NCBI RefSeq assembly: GCF_964194155.1
Contig: NC_135891.1
Coordinates: 86,986,001-87,050,000 of the forward strand
Source of the DNA: Cetorhinus maximus
Taxonomy: Eukaryota
Direction of reading: 5' to 3'
Length of the DNA stretch: 64,000 nt
Part shown: positions 22,801-35,330 of the stretch, piece by piece
Layout: every line of letters starts with the position of its first letter
How positions within the stretch are numbered: the first letter of the stretch is position 1
The notes under the pieces: model-generated
Databases searched by the model: none
Told to the model about the DNA's origin: nothing
The model's input: the letters and a program-made list of their open reading frames with translations, nothing else
Translations under genes and position numbers: made by a program

Positions 22801-23050
22801 TTCTGTGTAATAATCATTGCAGTATAGATGTACACTCATGGCTATTTAGGCAAGATACATTTATTTAAAAGGAAACACTAACCTCCATACCCTAAACAAA
22901 AAAAAAATCTTAAATATCAAAAAGTAGATTTAAATAAGCTAACATTTCATTCAAAAAAAAAATCATACTCCTTCCCCAAAAGCAATTAAATACCTGCTGC
23001 TTCCTGCTTTCTGCAGTGCTGGGAACCTGTTTTTCTGTTGTTGATGCCAT
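19504..23050 (-). CDS. Divergent perilipin-like gene B lacking the PAT-domain exons (about 318 aa). Coding exons 22994-23050, 21925-22147, 21466-21653, 20898-21038, 19504-19851
   Basis: MASTTEKQVPSTAESRKQQ|VFVETGNLVTL...DYYLPMTKEEL|AKVSTPIED...[12 protein letters not shown]...LVDL|IEMTKKG...SEKTE|RLESQSL...[14 protein letters not shown]...GST*. All exons open, GT-AG, phases compatible. Confidence 0.85.
20898..21038 (-). CDS. Gene B exon 7 equivalent
   Basis: 141 nt, IEMTKKGAES...KLSQILLNW. Confidence 0.88.
21466..21653 (-). CDS. Gene B exon 6 equivalent
   Basis: 188 nt open frame with [24 protein letters not shown]. Confidence 0.9.
21925..22147 (-). CDS. Gene B exon 5 equivalent (shortened repeat region)
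   Basis: 223 nt, ends LVDYYLPMTKEEL|gtaac. Confidence 0.88.
22507..22519 (-). promoter_or_regulatory. DR1-like site in gene B intron
   Basis: Minus strand AGGTCA-A-AGTTCC. Confidence 0.4.
22994..23050 (-). CDS. Gene B start exon (exon 2 equivalent)
   Basis: Polypyrimidine tract plus cag acceptor, CACAAC-ATG-G context, ends QQ|gtatt like exon 2 of genes A and C. Confidence 0.75.
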
Positions 23051-23347
23051 GTTGTGCCAAAAATCCTGCAGAAGTAAAAAAAAAAAAAAATTGGCTTCAC
23101 TTTAAATGGTCACCACCTAAAAATTAAGAACCATATAGTATGTAATAGGGACAGGCCTCAACAACATAGCAACTTACATCCACCTTCACACACTAATTTG
23201 TAAAGCAATAACTCAAATCACAGACAACTTAAATAGGAGTCTACTAAAATACAAGAGTTCACAAATTTTTCATCATTTGCACAAAATTAAAGCAACTCAA
23301 CCACACAAATGGTATAGGAACAGAAATGATCTTAAAACAATCCATTC

Positions 23348-23510
23348 CTCACCCTCAACAAATTTACTCTTCTCTAACCTCCTCTTTATCAATTGCTTAT
23401 GCAATACATTTATATACCCATCAGATGGATGGGCTTGTTTCAATAATAAAAGAAAATCTAACCAATAGAAACTCACAAAATTAACAAACTTGCTGTCATC
23501 AACCAATGCT
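23348..23510 (-). promoter_or_regulatory. Putative gene B exon 1 and TATA promoter
   Basis: Donor gtgag 23348-23352; TATATAAA (minus) 23409-23416; TTGCATAA C/EBP-like site (minus) 23397-23404; two CCAAT motifs near 23462 and 23503. Confidence 0.55.
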
Positions 23511-24069
23511 GAGAGTGTTAGAGGAGGAATGTTAATACTCCTCAATCACTCACAGCCTATTCCAATCAAAAGCAAGGCTAATAAATTGCAAAGGGGGCTG
23601 GGACAATTGGGAGGGTTCTTAAGGTGCAGTTCAAATAAGTGAAGTATTAAAGAAGAAAAGGGTTATCAAAAAAATGAGAGAGGTGGAAATCTTCTATGGG
23701 TAAAAGTTTTGTCCAGTTCAGGAAGGACCCAGGTTAAATTCCTAGCCTGTGTTGTTAGCAGACCTAAGCTAGGCTGCTATGGTGGGTCTGAATGCTAATG
23801 AGAAAGGCAAGGTGTCACATTTTGAGATCTTTTGATCATCTTTCAACAGAAATATCTCAGAATTAGTTATTTTAAATGATGCATGCTAAAACATAGTGGG
23901 GAAATATTGGGACCTGTCACAACCATCTTGTAAGTGGTAATGTCCTCCTAATGCTTGAAAATGTAGTGTCAGATGCACATGCTCACTTCTATTAGGAAGT
24001 GTTGATGACCACTGGCCACATATAGACCAACAGATTATGACATACATACTAAAATAAAAACAGAAATGT

Positions 24070-25875
24070 AGAAAATAGGATCAGGAGTAGGTCATTTGGC
24101 CCTTCGAGCCTGCTCCACCATTCAATATGATCATGGCTGATCCTCTATCTCAATGCCATACTCCCGTGCTCTTCCCCATACCCTTTGATGCCTTTGAGTC
24201 CAGAAATATACTTATTTCCTTCTTAAATATATTCAGTGACTTGGCCTCCACAGCCTTCTGTGGTAGAGAAATTCCAATGGTTCACCACCCTCCGAGTGAA
24301 GAAGTTTCTCCTCATTTCGGTCCTAAATGGTCTACACCATATTCTGAGACTGTGACCCCTTGTTCTAGAAACATTATCCCTGCATCTAATCTGTTCATCC
24401 CTGTCAGAATTTTATACATTATACATAGATCCCCTCTCATTCTTCTAAACTCCAGTGAATACAGGCCTAGTAGCTCCAATCTCTCCTCATATGACAATCC
24501 TGCTATCCCAGGAATCAGTCTGGTGAACCCTCGCTGTACTCCCTCTATGGCAAGTATATCCTTTCTTAGGTAAGACCAAAACTGCACACACTACCCCAGG
24601 TGTGGCCTCACCAAGGTCCTGTATAGCTGAAGTAAAACATCCTTGCTCCTGTACTAAAATCCTCTCACAATGAAGGCCAACATACCATTTGCCTTCTTAA
24701 CACTTTGCTGCACCTACATGCTTGCTTTCAGTTATTGGTGTACAAGGATACCCAGGTCCCTTTGTACATTAACAATTCCCAATCTATCACCATTTAAATA
24801 ATAACCCACCATTCTGTTTTCCCCACCGAAATGGATAACTTCACCCTTATCCACGTTATACTGCACCTGCCATATATTTTCCCACTCACTCAACCTGCCT
24901 AAATCGCCTTGAAGCCTCTTAACACCCTCCTCATTGCTCATATTCCGACCAAGCTTCGTGTTGTCAGCAAACATGGAAATATTACATTTGGTTCCCTCCT
25001 CCAAATCATTGGTATATATTGTGAATAGCTGGGGCCCAAGCACTGATCCCTGTGGTACCCCACTAGTCACTGCCTGCCACTTTGAAAAAGACCCGTTTAT
25101 TCTTACTCCCTGTTTCCTGTCTGCTGACCAATTCTAAATCCATGCCAATATATTACCCCCCATCACATGTGCTTTAATTTTGCACACTAACCTCTTATTT
25201 GGGACTTTAACAAAAGTTTCCTGAAAATCCAAATACACCACATCCACTGGTTCTCCCTTATCTTGTTACCTGCTGGTTACATTCTCAAAAAACTTCAGTG
25301 GGTTTGTCAAACATGATTTCCCTTTCATAAATCCATGTTGACTTTGTCTAATCCTGTTGATATTTTCTAGTGTACTGTTGTCACATCTTTTATAATAGGC
25401 GTTTTCCCTACTACTGATTTTAGGCTAACGGGTCTGTAATTCCCTGTTTTCTCCCTCCCTCCTTTTTTAAATATTGGGGTTACATTTTCCACCCTCCGAT
25501 CTGCTGGGACTGTCCCCAAATGTACAGAATTTTGGAAGATGACAACCAATACATCCACTATTTCTATGGCCACCTCCATTAGTGCCCCGGGATGTAGTTT
25601 ATCGGGCCCTGGGGATTTATCAGCTTTCTGTCCCATTAATTTCCCCAGCACTATTGTTTTAGTAATACTAATTTCCTTCAATTCCTCCTTCTCACTAGAC
25701 CCTTTGTTTCCTAGTATTTCTGGGAAGTTATTTGTGTCTTCCTCCGTGAAGACACGACTAAAGTAGTTGTTTAATTGCTCTGCCATTTCCTTGTCCTCTA
25801 TTATAAGTTCTCCCATGTCAGACAGTAAGGGACCTACATTTGACTTCACTAATCTTTTTCTTTTCACATACTTGA
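24070..25875 (-). mobile_element. CR1 LINE ORF2 fragment with frameshifts
   Basis: KSPGPD, GNYRPVSL, GVPQGSVLGPQLF, VQRGFTRLIPG. Confidence 0.92.
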
Positions 25876-26182
25876 AAATGCTGGAAAAACTCAACATTAC
25901 CATTCCCTTTGCCTTGCCTTAAATGACATCCTTGTCATTTAATCTTTCCCACCCTCTAACCTATCCCTGACCTCTTTTGCTCCACTTGCCCTTCCCCACT
26001 TTGTCAACAGCATAAAACCCATCATATTCCTCCTTCTCTTCAGTTCTGAAGAAGAGTCATATTGGACTCGAAACTTTAATTCTGCTTCTCTATCCACAGA
26101 TGCTGCCAGACCTGCTGCGTTTTTCCAGCACTTTGTTTTTATTTCAGATCTCCAGCATCTGCAGTATTTTACCTTTATTATA
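25876..26182 (+). mobile_element. Penelope-derived terminal repeat
   Basis: Same family as 14600-14855 and 63075-63400. Confidence 0.75.
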
Positions 26183-26799
26183 TGACAGGTGTACTGCTCA
26201 TTTGATGTCAGATTGCCATTTTAGAACTCTATGCTCCAGCCTACACCCTGTCTTAACCTCACACAACTGAACACCTATTAAACATGATGGAAGACCCCTA
26301 CCAGCGCTAGTTAAAGGGATCATGAACTATTTGCAGGTTTGATGCTGGTTTATTTCTTTAATTGCTGGTGCCAATGTACTGGCTTTAGGAGCTTTCCTAT
26401 ACGTGTCTAATGTTTGGATAGTCTAGGTCTGGCTGGTGCAGTTAAGTACATTTTAGTTAATTTAAAAGTTTGTGCTGAGACACATGAGAGGTCTGGTGGG
26501 GCTTCCTCTGGAAGTTAAGCATGAATGGGGAAACCAAAAGAGGACAAGTTGCAAGAAGAGCGAAGAGGAGACAGGGGAGAGAGGCAGCCAGCAGGAGGCC
26601 ATTTCTGTTGACGGAATTTAGAACCAATTCTCTTACCCCAATTTCAGTGACAACTAATTGACATGCCCTTGCTTCATAAAAGAGGCTGTAACTGAAATCT
26701 GTCAACTACTGCAGCCATAACTGCATCCTTAAAATAGGGCAAGGCTAGTGTTGCTTGTAGCAGCCATAGTGACCATGGTCCTTAACTTTTTATGTGTCT

Positions 26800-28112
26800 G
26801 ACTGTTTCTAGACTACCTTGGCGATATACACAATTGCTTCCCGACCACCCTGGCTCCTGCACACTTGTGCCTGTTGTCTCACCATGTGCAGATCTGTCCT
26901 CTAGCCTATAAAATCTTTTGCCTGAGTGTAAGATCCAGTGATGGTGTCTCTTCATCTTCACTGTCTTCTTCCTCTTCCTCCATCGACTGGGAAGGTTCCA
27001 ATTCTTGGGTACATCAAATGGAAAATTGACAAGGGTCGGATTGGGATGAGGGGGAGAGGAGAAAGTAAGAATTGCATGCTTATTTCATCTGCAACTTGTG
27101 AATCAGAAGAGATTGTGGGATGAGAGGATGATTAGGTATGTAGTTACCATCCTTATTGAGCCTGTCAGTGGCCCATGGCCTCAGTGACACCCATCAGATT
27201 GTCTGCTCATTAGCATATTGCTGCTTGAGAGAGCTTACTGGGTCATTGCTTATTGGCTACCACATTTCCTACATTACAGCTGTGACACCAGTTCAAAATA
27301 TTTCAATTGTTGCAGAACACTTTGGGAGGGCCTGTGGTTATAAATCCAAGTCTTTCTCAGTTCTTTTACCCATGATGGCCAGCACTGCCCTCCATGTGGT
27401 TTAAAACATGCAGGTACCCTTGTTCTAATCCAATTTCTAGTTTTTGCTTGCTGTTATGCATCATTCTCTCCTGAAAGTAAGTGGGAAGTGTGTCAGTGAG
27501 TGTCCTGCAATATGTTTGGGTGATATTGTTAAGGTTGCATAGCCACCAGTGTGAAGATGTAAGTTGTTTGCCTAAGACTTGCAACAGTGCTGAGTATATG
27601 AAGGGGAGATAATTTTTGAATTCCAGGGTTGAGTACTGATTGATAGAGATTGTCGGTAGATGTTGAGGGGTTGTGGTAATTAAACAGTGGATGAGGCTCG
27701 TGGTAGGATATTCCATTTGAAGGTAAACTCACTCACCTTGACAACTTGCGTCAGATTGTTAAACCTCTTCCTGTACTTCATCTGTGTTCGTAATGCAATT
27801 ATCCTGACATTGGCATCCGCTGCAACTTGTACCCAGGTTGTCTTTTGAAAAAATTTGGGCCACTTCTTGTAACCACAATCCACCTCCTCTTTAAGAGTTG
27901 CATGCTGCCTTTAAGTAGGGACAGTCCTCGTGATATCAGAGCCCCTGCTTCTGCTTGCAGTCAATGACTACACAGGGAGTGCTGGTTACATTCAGCAATC
28001 ACTTAAAAGAGTAGGTAGCACCAATGTTCTGCCTGCAATGCTATGAAGGGGTGCAGGTTAATCACATACCATAATCCCCATGCCCATTTTTGGGGTCAGC
28101 CAATATTTCCCC
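26800..28112 (-). mobile_element. Old PIF/Harbinger remnant (Myb/SANT gene fragment)
   Basis: W.QVA...N......RT....RKRFNNL..VVK|gtgagt at 27735-27850; boundaries uncertain. Confidence 0.55.
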
Positions 28113-28814
28113 CACTGTATTCACACAGGATTAATAAAAAGACCTGAGACAATAGTTATCTGAGATGCTAAGGAACTAATTTGGATGTTGTCTCTTCATG
28201 TACTGTAAATAATAAGCAATTTCTTAGCCTGTCTTAGTAATCAATGAATGCCTGCAGCAGGGAGTTATTGGCTCTGGGCACTTGGCAAGCAGCCTGGCTA
28301 TGAACAGCAAAAGATTAAAAAGGGAGAGAAAGAGAGACAAACAGGCAGACAAACAGAAACAACAGGTAACGATTTTTGAGACAGGAAGCTATAAACCAAT
28401 GAGAACCAGAAAAAGGCTATATAACAGATATAATTCAGTGAAATTCAAAATTGGTTTGTTAAAGGCAAACAAGATAATTCATTAATGTGGAGAAGCATAA
28501 AGTGTTGATTATTTTTATATTATAATGCAAATACAGGTTACACCATTGAATTAAGTGAATCTACATCATAACTCTGCTCTATATGGTGTTATGAAATAAA
28601 GCAGTTTAATGATTTGGATCAAGCCTTGTCTCGCCAAATGATTGCTTAGTCTGCCTTCAGACAATTAAAGAAGTATTGTGTGAGAGGGGCAAATACCCAA
28701 TTCAGGTAATAAAGGATACAATTGTTACAGCCCTTCATTATGCTACTGTTTAAGTAGATTTAGGGTAGGGTGAGTTAACCTCTATAAGAATAACAGGGAA
28801 ATCTTAAAAAAACA

Positions 28815-29195
28815 AAGTCTTGCATTAAAATAGCACCAAAGGATGTCCCAAGGTGCTCCACAGCCAATGAAATACTTGTAAAAGTATAGTTACTGTTGTA
28901 ATGTAGGAAACACAACAGCCAACCTGCATACAGCAAGCTCCTACAAACAGCAATGTGATATGTGATAAAAAAAACCTTTTTTGTGATGATTGAGGGATAA
29001 ATATTAATCAGGATACTAGAGATAACTCTCCAGTTCTTTTACAAAATAGTGTCATGAGATCTTTTATGTATACCTGAGAGGCAAGGAGGGACCTTGATTT
29101 AATGTCTCATCCAAAAGATGACACCTCTGACAGTGCAGCACTCCTTCAGTACTGCACTAGAGTGTCAGCCTAAATTTCTGTGTCTAAGTTCTAAT
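28815..29195 (-). mobile_element. Deu-domain SINE (SacSINE1/AmnSINE-like)
   Basis: Deu core cagtactgaaggagtgctgcactgtcagaggtg...ggatgagac...aatatttatccctcaa on the minus strand; further copies near 37670-37870, 53740-53990, 56690-56860 and 5220-5340. Confidence 0.8.
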
Positions 29196-29307
29196 AAGGT
29201 AACTGAGCTTCCATCTTACAAATAAGGTTGATAAGTTGCAGGTACAAGTTCCCACTTGGTTATGATCTAGTGGCTATATCAAAGGCCAGGTTTAAAAATG
29301 GACATAG

Positions 29308-30251
29308 TGCTATGATGTGGCAGGTGATATATACCAGGCGGACCAAATCCACAAGGGAAACTTGGCCACGCTATCACAACGGTTCTGCAACTTGTATTTA
29401 TTACGAGAAGATTTATGCACTGAATTCAGAAGTAATGAGTCCACTAACACCTTTAGTGATTTAAAAAAATAAATTAAAATATTTATTAACAAAAGAAAAG
29501 AATGTAAATACATACATAAGATTACAGTTACTTAATACTATGCCAAATCCCAAAATTCCTAATTTTCCTGATTCCCAAATATACAACCCCTTTAAGGCAA
29601 AAGTTGAAAATAGATTGTGAATTTAAATAATCAACCCAGCAAGATTACCACACGCACCCACTCGACAGTGGAATTCTAAAGGCTTTTTAACACAACTTTA
29701 TTTTCTGGAGCAGCACTTCTTCAGAATGGCTGGAGGCATTTTGCAAGACTGCTTCACCTCTGGTGTTCCTTTCAAGATTTTACACGGCCACACCCCACAT
29801 AGTCTTCCAACCTTCTTTATATATGTCTCTCTCTCTTTAACGTGTAAAATCCCATTGTTTTACATGTCTTTGAAAATTGATTTTTCCCATGATATAAAAA
29901 TCTTTCATGCTGTCAATATGGCCTTTTCCTTTAGGGAAAAATAAACATATTACTTTGCCTCACTTATCTTGTTACTTGTAAAGATTACACCATAAAAATT
30001 ACACCTTTGAAAATCAAACAACCCCTTCACTTATCTAAAAATACAAATTTCATTCACACCCTATCTGTGGAACCCTCATTCTAGCTTAACCATCTCCATT
30101 TCAAAAGTCTGTTTTACACCTACTCTTTTGATAATTCCAATCTTGTAGCCTAAGCATCTCTAGTCTAATTAATTCAGTCACACAAACAGAACCATCCACA
30201 TTCACACCCGTGAGGCTCCAATATTATGAAAAATATGATAGTTTCATGACA
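29308..30251. mobile_element. Solo LTR-like element with 4-bp TSD
   Basis: TG...CA termini, ATAG on both sides (29304-29307 and 30252-30255). Confidence 0.78.
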
Positions 30252-31934
30252 ATAGTGAGTATTAAACATTCCTGGCTACAATGTATTCAGGAGGGATTGG
30301 GAAGGAAAAAGAACACGGCGAGGATGTTTGGGACAGGGGGTGCCGGGGGAGGAGGGGGGGAGGTGGTGAGGATGCGGTGTTGGTTAGCAGTATTGCTTAA
30401 GAATTATATTACAGTTCTTCAAAGATATGGTCAACCAAATAGATTCAATTTTAAACCTCTAGTTTGAGTTAAGGAGCAGAAAAGGAGCTGTTACGTTCCT
30501 GGATGTTTACCGTCAGTGCCCAAATCATGACGAGGATTTAGAAGAGAAAATCTGTAGACAAATTTCCGAAAAATGTAAAAATAATAGAGCAGCAATAGAA
30601 GGGAACTTTAATTACCCTAACATACAATTGGGGGCGAAAACAGGATAAAGAGAAAGGATAACGAAGATTTTCTAAATTGTGGGACAACTTCTTTAATCTG
30701 TATGCTCAATGAGGAAGGAAACAGTGCTGCATGTAGTTCTAAGGAATGAAGTAGGGCAAGTGGAATGTATTGTAGTGGGAGAACACCTCGGTAATAGTGA
30801 TCGTAATATAATTAGGTTTAAATAAAGGTTAAAAGTTATAAGTTGTAAAAAGAAACAAAGAAAAACTAAAGGTAAAATAGTCAGCTGGAAGAGAGATAAT
30901 ATAAGTGATTGGAGGAGGAACCTAGCACAGGTATACTGGAAAAAATATTGTTCTGGAGAAATGACTGAGCAATAGCAGGCCTTCAAGGCTGAGATAGTTC
31001 AAGTAAAAAACAAGAAAATTCTCATGAGCAGGAAGGATCTAAAGCTAGAACTCCCTGAATAACAAAGAAAATAGAGGTTAAAATTAAACCAGTAAAAGGT
31101 TTCTGATAATTAGGTGCAGAATGCAGTAGAAAAGAAGGCAAAAGAGGGCAAGGGAATATTTAAAAAGGGTAAACAAAGTGCAAGAAAATGAGAAAAGGTT
31201 AATGGGTAACACAAAAGGCAACCCAAAAATTTTGTATAAGGATGCAGAATGTCAAAGGATAGTTAAGGAATGGTAGGGCCAATTAGGAACTTAAAAGAAA
31301 ATCTTTTTGTGGAGATACTGAATGAATACTTTGCATTTGTCCTCACAAGAGGATGAAATTAATATTGCAGAAGAGGAGGAGTTTTGGACAGGATAAAAAT
31401 AGACATGGGGCAGAATTTTTAGTTTGGCGGGAGGGAGCATGCCTGACCCATTCGAGTGTTAAATAAAGTGCATTGATGTCAGCTGAGTGTGCCGACATCA
31501 ACGCGCACTCTTGCAATATTTCGCTAGGCGGGTGCACGATGGAGATGGAGGCACAGCCGCCATTAATTAATTGGCCAGTTAAGGCCCTTGAGACACAAAT
31601 TGTTTCAGACTTTACGTAGCCCGTGCGATTTTTAGGCCATCGCAAGGGAAAAACGGGCAGGCGGGGAGGCCACAATTTGCAAAACCTCAAGCACGGGTGG
31701 GATAAGAGGGGCCAGTGGCCTAGTCAAAGCGATTATTGAGGAGTTCAGGATTAGTCAGGATATCACTTGCTGCTGCTTGCTCCTGTGAACAGCACAGCTT
31801 CATCTCGCTTCAGAGCTGCATTCAGAGAATTTAGAGACTTCAGTTCAGGACTCAACTGTTGTCTTCCAGGCCCCTGGAGGATTCACACCGCGTGAGGCCT
31901 TCCAGCTATCAGACAGTCTTCCCTTACACTGGTA

Positions 31935-33160
31935 ATGGGGATTGTGGTCTCCGCTGGAGGCACCTCCTCTGGGGAGGAAGAGAACACCAGAAGTGGGAGG
32001 AGGCCAGGCATCCCTATTCAGCTTCCAGGGGAGCGAGCTGTGGGAGGAGAGGTGCAGGCACAACGGGCGCAGGGCCAACAGGAAGTCCAAGGTGGAAGGG
32101 GCCACAGAAAACGTCACTATCCTGCTGCCAGGGTTTACAGGCAGCGATGCAGCTACCTCAATATGTCTGAGGTTCAGTGCCGAAGGAGGCTCCGTCTCTC
32201 ATAGGAGACAGTGACCTCCATCCGTCAGATGATTGGCCCTGAGATCAACTTCAACTGTGTGGGTGGACACCCCATGCCGATGGCGCTGAAGATCACGGTG
32301 GACCTCAGCTTCTATGTCTCCGGCTCTTTCTAGGGATCAGTGGGTGCTCTTTGTGGAATGTCCCAATCAGCTGTCCGTAGTTGTGTCAAACTGGTAACAG
32401 ATGCTCTGTTCAGGCGTCCATTGACTTTTGTTCTTTACCATATGGATGAGGCCAGCCAGTCTGAGCAAGCCAGAGGCTTCGCAGCGATTACTGGGTTCCC
32501 CTGCGTCCAGGGTGCAAATGACTGCACACATGTGGCCATCAAGGCATCAGCGGGTGAGCCGGGTGTCTTCGTCAACAGGAAGGGCTTCCACTCCATGAAC
32601 GTGCAGATAGTGTGTGATCACAGGATGCTGATTCTACAAGTCTGTGCAAGGTACCCAGGCAGCTCCCATGACGCTTACATCCTGAGGTACTCCCAGGTGC
32701 CGAGGCTCTTCAGTGTTCCAGCCTGACTGGTTGGATGGCTGCTGGGTGACAAGGGCTACCCCTCAAAAGGTGACTCATGATGCCTCTCTGCCATCCAAGA
32801 ACAGAAGCTGAGCAGCTGTACAACAGGAGCCACGCCTCCACAAGGGCTGTGGTTGAGAGAACCATCAGTCTTCTCAAGATACGATTCCGATGCCTGGACC
32901 GTTCAGGGGGCGCACTCCGATACCCCTCAGATTGTGTGTCACTGATAGTGGTTGCATGCTGCGCTCTCCACAATCTGGCAGTGGAAAGAGGGCATACAGT
33001 GGAGGAAGAAGATCTTGACGCAGCTGCACAAGCAACAGTCAGTAGTGGGTTAGAGGATAAGCATGATGAGGAGAACACTGAGGGCATACACGCAGACCTG
33101 GGTAACCTACAGGGAGGCAGGGACACCTGGGAAGCATTGATCCAATGCTCCATTAGATAG
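31935..33160 (+). pseudogene. Harbinger (HARBI1-like) DDE transposase with premature stops
   Basis: GFPCVQGANDCTHVAI, FVNRKGFHSMNVQIVCD, PGSSHDAYIL, WLLGDKGYP, YNRSHASTRAVVERTI, VACCALHNLA. Confidence 0.9.
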
Positions 33161-33488
33161 ACTACCAAATAAGAACCACCACCGCATACCAGGGCTTCAG
33201 GGTCCATACTCGATCCCTGACAGGACCAGTTCCTTGGTTAACAACATACACTACGTGCCTTTGCAATAAAGTTTCAGGAGACACACGTCCGTCATAACAT
33301 CATGGCCTATCCTGCACCTACAGAACAAATGAAACATACAGATGCCAGTTGCACAAAATAACATATCATTTACTTGTGAATGTTAAAAGTCGCAGAAATT
33401 ATCATGAACTGGTGTTTTCCATCACACCATTAAAAAATGAAGAAAAATGGGGGAACCAAATATCATCCGTGATAAGCCCATGTTGTGC

Positions 33489-35330
33489 TTAAGGTGCTTT
33501 AAGTTTTCGCTTGTGGGTGCTACGTCTAGGTGCTCCCCCCTTGCTGGCACTGGCATTGGAGACAGCCTGCTCACCCTGCTGTCTTGTTGGCCTTGATGAC
33601 CTCGGTGGGCATCCTCTGGCCCGTGGAGCCTGTGATGGACCCACTTGGGAGGGAATGGTCAGTTCCACTGCTGGCATCTCCCCAGTCACCACAACCTCAT
33701 CAGATGCCATGGTCATTGGCAGAGGGGTGGAGGAGCTGCTGCCCTCATCCGGAGCGCCATGAGAGGAGCCCACAGAGGCAACAGGCAGCTTGTGCGCCAA
33801 TGTCGCTTTGTACCTCCCTGCTCACCATTGATGGATGGGCACCTAGCTGGGATACTGGGTGCCCAATCCATCTCCCACACTGACACTGACCAGCTGAGGT
33901 TATTGCCGGTGTGAGGGCTTGCAGGTCCGAGCACATCCCCAGGAATCCCTGATTGAGTCCCTGGAGGAGCCTCTCCATGACAGTCGCCACTCTCTCTATG
34001 GAGGAGGCATTGCACTCGGCCATGAGGGTCAACAGAGTGATTATGCTCCGCATGGACTCCTCCACAATGGACACCATGGCACGCATTCCCTCATGTATCT
34101 CTGCCAGATCCTCCCGTACACCCTACTGGACAGCCAGCATCTGCTGCCTCAGGGACGACTCCAGAGGCCCATCATCAGCCACTGACTGAGCATTGTCCTG
34201 TCCCCAGCAGTCCTCAGACTGGGCACTCCCTGCCTCCGCCTGTACCTCAAGTGACTGTAAAGTGCCCTCACCAATGTGCACTGATAGGTTAGACGGCAAT
34301 GTTATGCCCACCGAGATGCTGTATCTGCGCTGGTGCCTGCTCGACAGAGAGGGCGTGATGCTGGTGCGTGGTCAGCATGGTGGTCCTCAGGGGTCAGGGG
34401 TGGGCCTTCAGGCTCCTCATAATGAGCTGCTGGGGAGCCTAACTCGTGAAACTGTCAGTGTGCATGCCTGGCATCCTGATGAGACAGAAATTTGCATCAT
34501 GGTCCTGACCACACCCACCATGGTCTTTTGATTATCAATGGGGATTCCAGGCTCACATCAATATAGAGCCCACACTGGAATGGTAGCAATAACTGACATT
34601 CTCATCTCAGTGCATTGCACTCTTATCTCCCTCTGGCACTCCAACCTCACCACGGCCACTTGACCGAGGTGCATGGCGCCTCTCCAGCTCCAGTACCTCC
34701 TGCTTGTATCGCGAGAGGATGAGGAGATATGGGGATCCTGCCAGTCTGCAACCTTTCAGCATTGTTATGGGATGTTTTCTCCTGAAAGGGCAGAGGAGCA
34801 TTGATTAGTCCGCTCTCTACCTGCAGCGCCATTGCAGCCTGGCCAATCCCACCTGAGGAACACCTCGCAGGTCTCAGCCGATTCGTCACCCTGGGGCCGC
34901 AAGGCACTCAGTCCGAGCAGTCAGGGCTCACCCCCTGGCCAGATCCTGTCTCATTGACATTTGCCACTCACACTCTAACACCTCTGAGGTCCAAGGAGGG
35001 GATGGGCAGCTCTTAACTGCTCTGCAAAGTGACCCATGCCAACACGGTACTCGCCCTTCCTGATCGGAGATCATTGAAGCGCTTATGGCACTGCACTCAT
35101 GTGGGCCTCACAACATCGTGGCTGCTGACCCTGGATGCCAGCTCCTCCCAGGCCTTTTTGGTGAAGAGGGAGAGGTGGGGTGGGGGGGGGGGGGCTGGGG
35201 GGGGGGGGTGGTGGAGGGCCACCTCCTCCCGTCCCTGGTGACAAGGGCAAGGCTGCCACCTTCTCACGAAAAACACCGGGCCAACTGCCCCACCTTCTGC
35301 CCTCCCGCCTGCCGTGTCCACCCGTTACGT
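33489..35330 (-). pseudogene. Harbinger Myb/SANT-like DNA-binding gene (intron-containing, disrupted)
   Basis: KKAWEELASRVSS...RPT*VQCHKRFNDL, next exon EKTSHNNAERLQTG, basic C-terminus RRSTHKRKLK. Confidence 0.78.

Noticed and set aside
22148-22993. Hidden or diverged PAT exons in the gene B intron
   Set aside because: By eye, no segment resembling VVDRV/LPLVSS/YACKGLD in any minus frame; a tblastn search would settle it.
32340-33160. Domesticated HARBI1 gene
   Set aside because: Has in-frame stops and lies between TIRs with a Myb partner, so it is a transposon copy.
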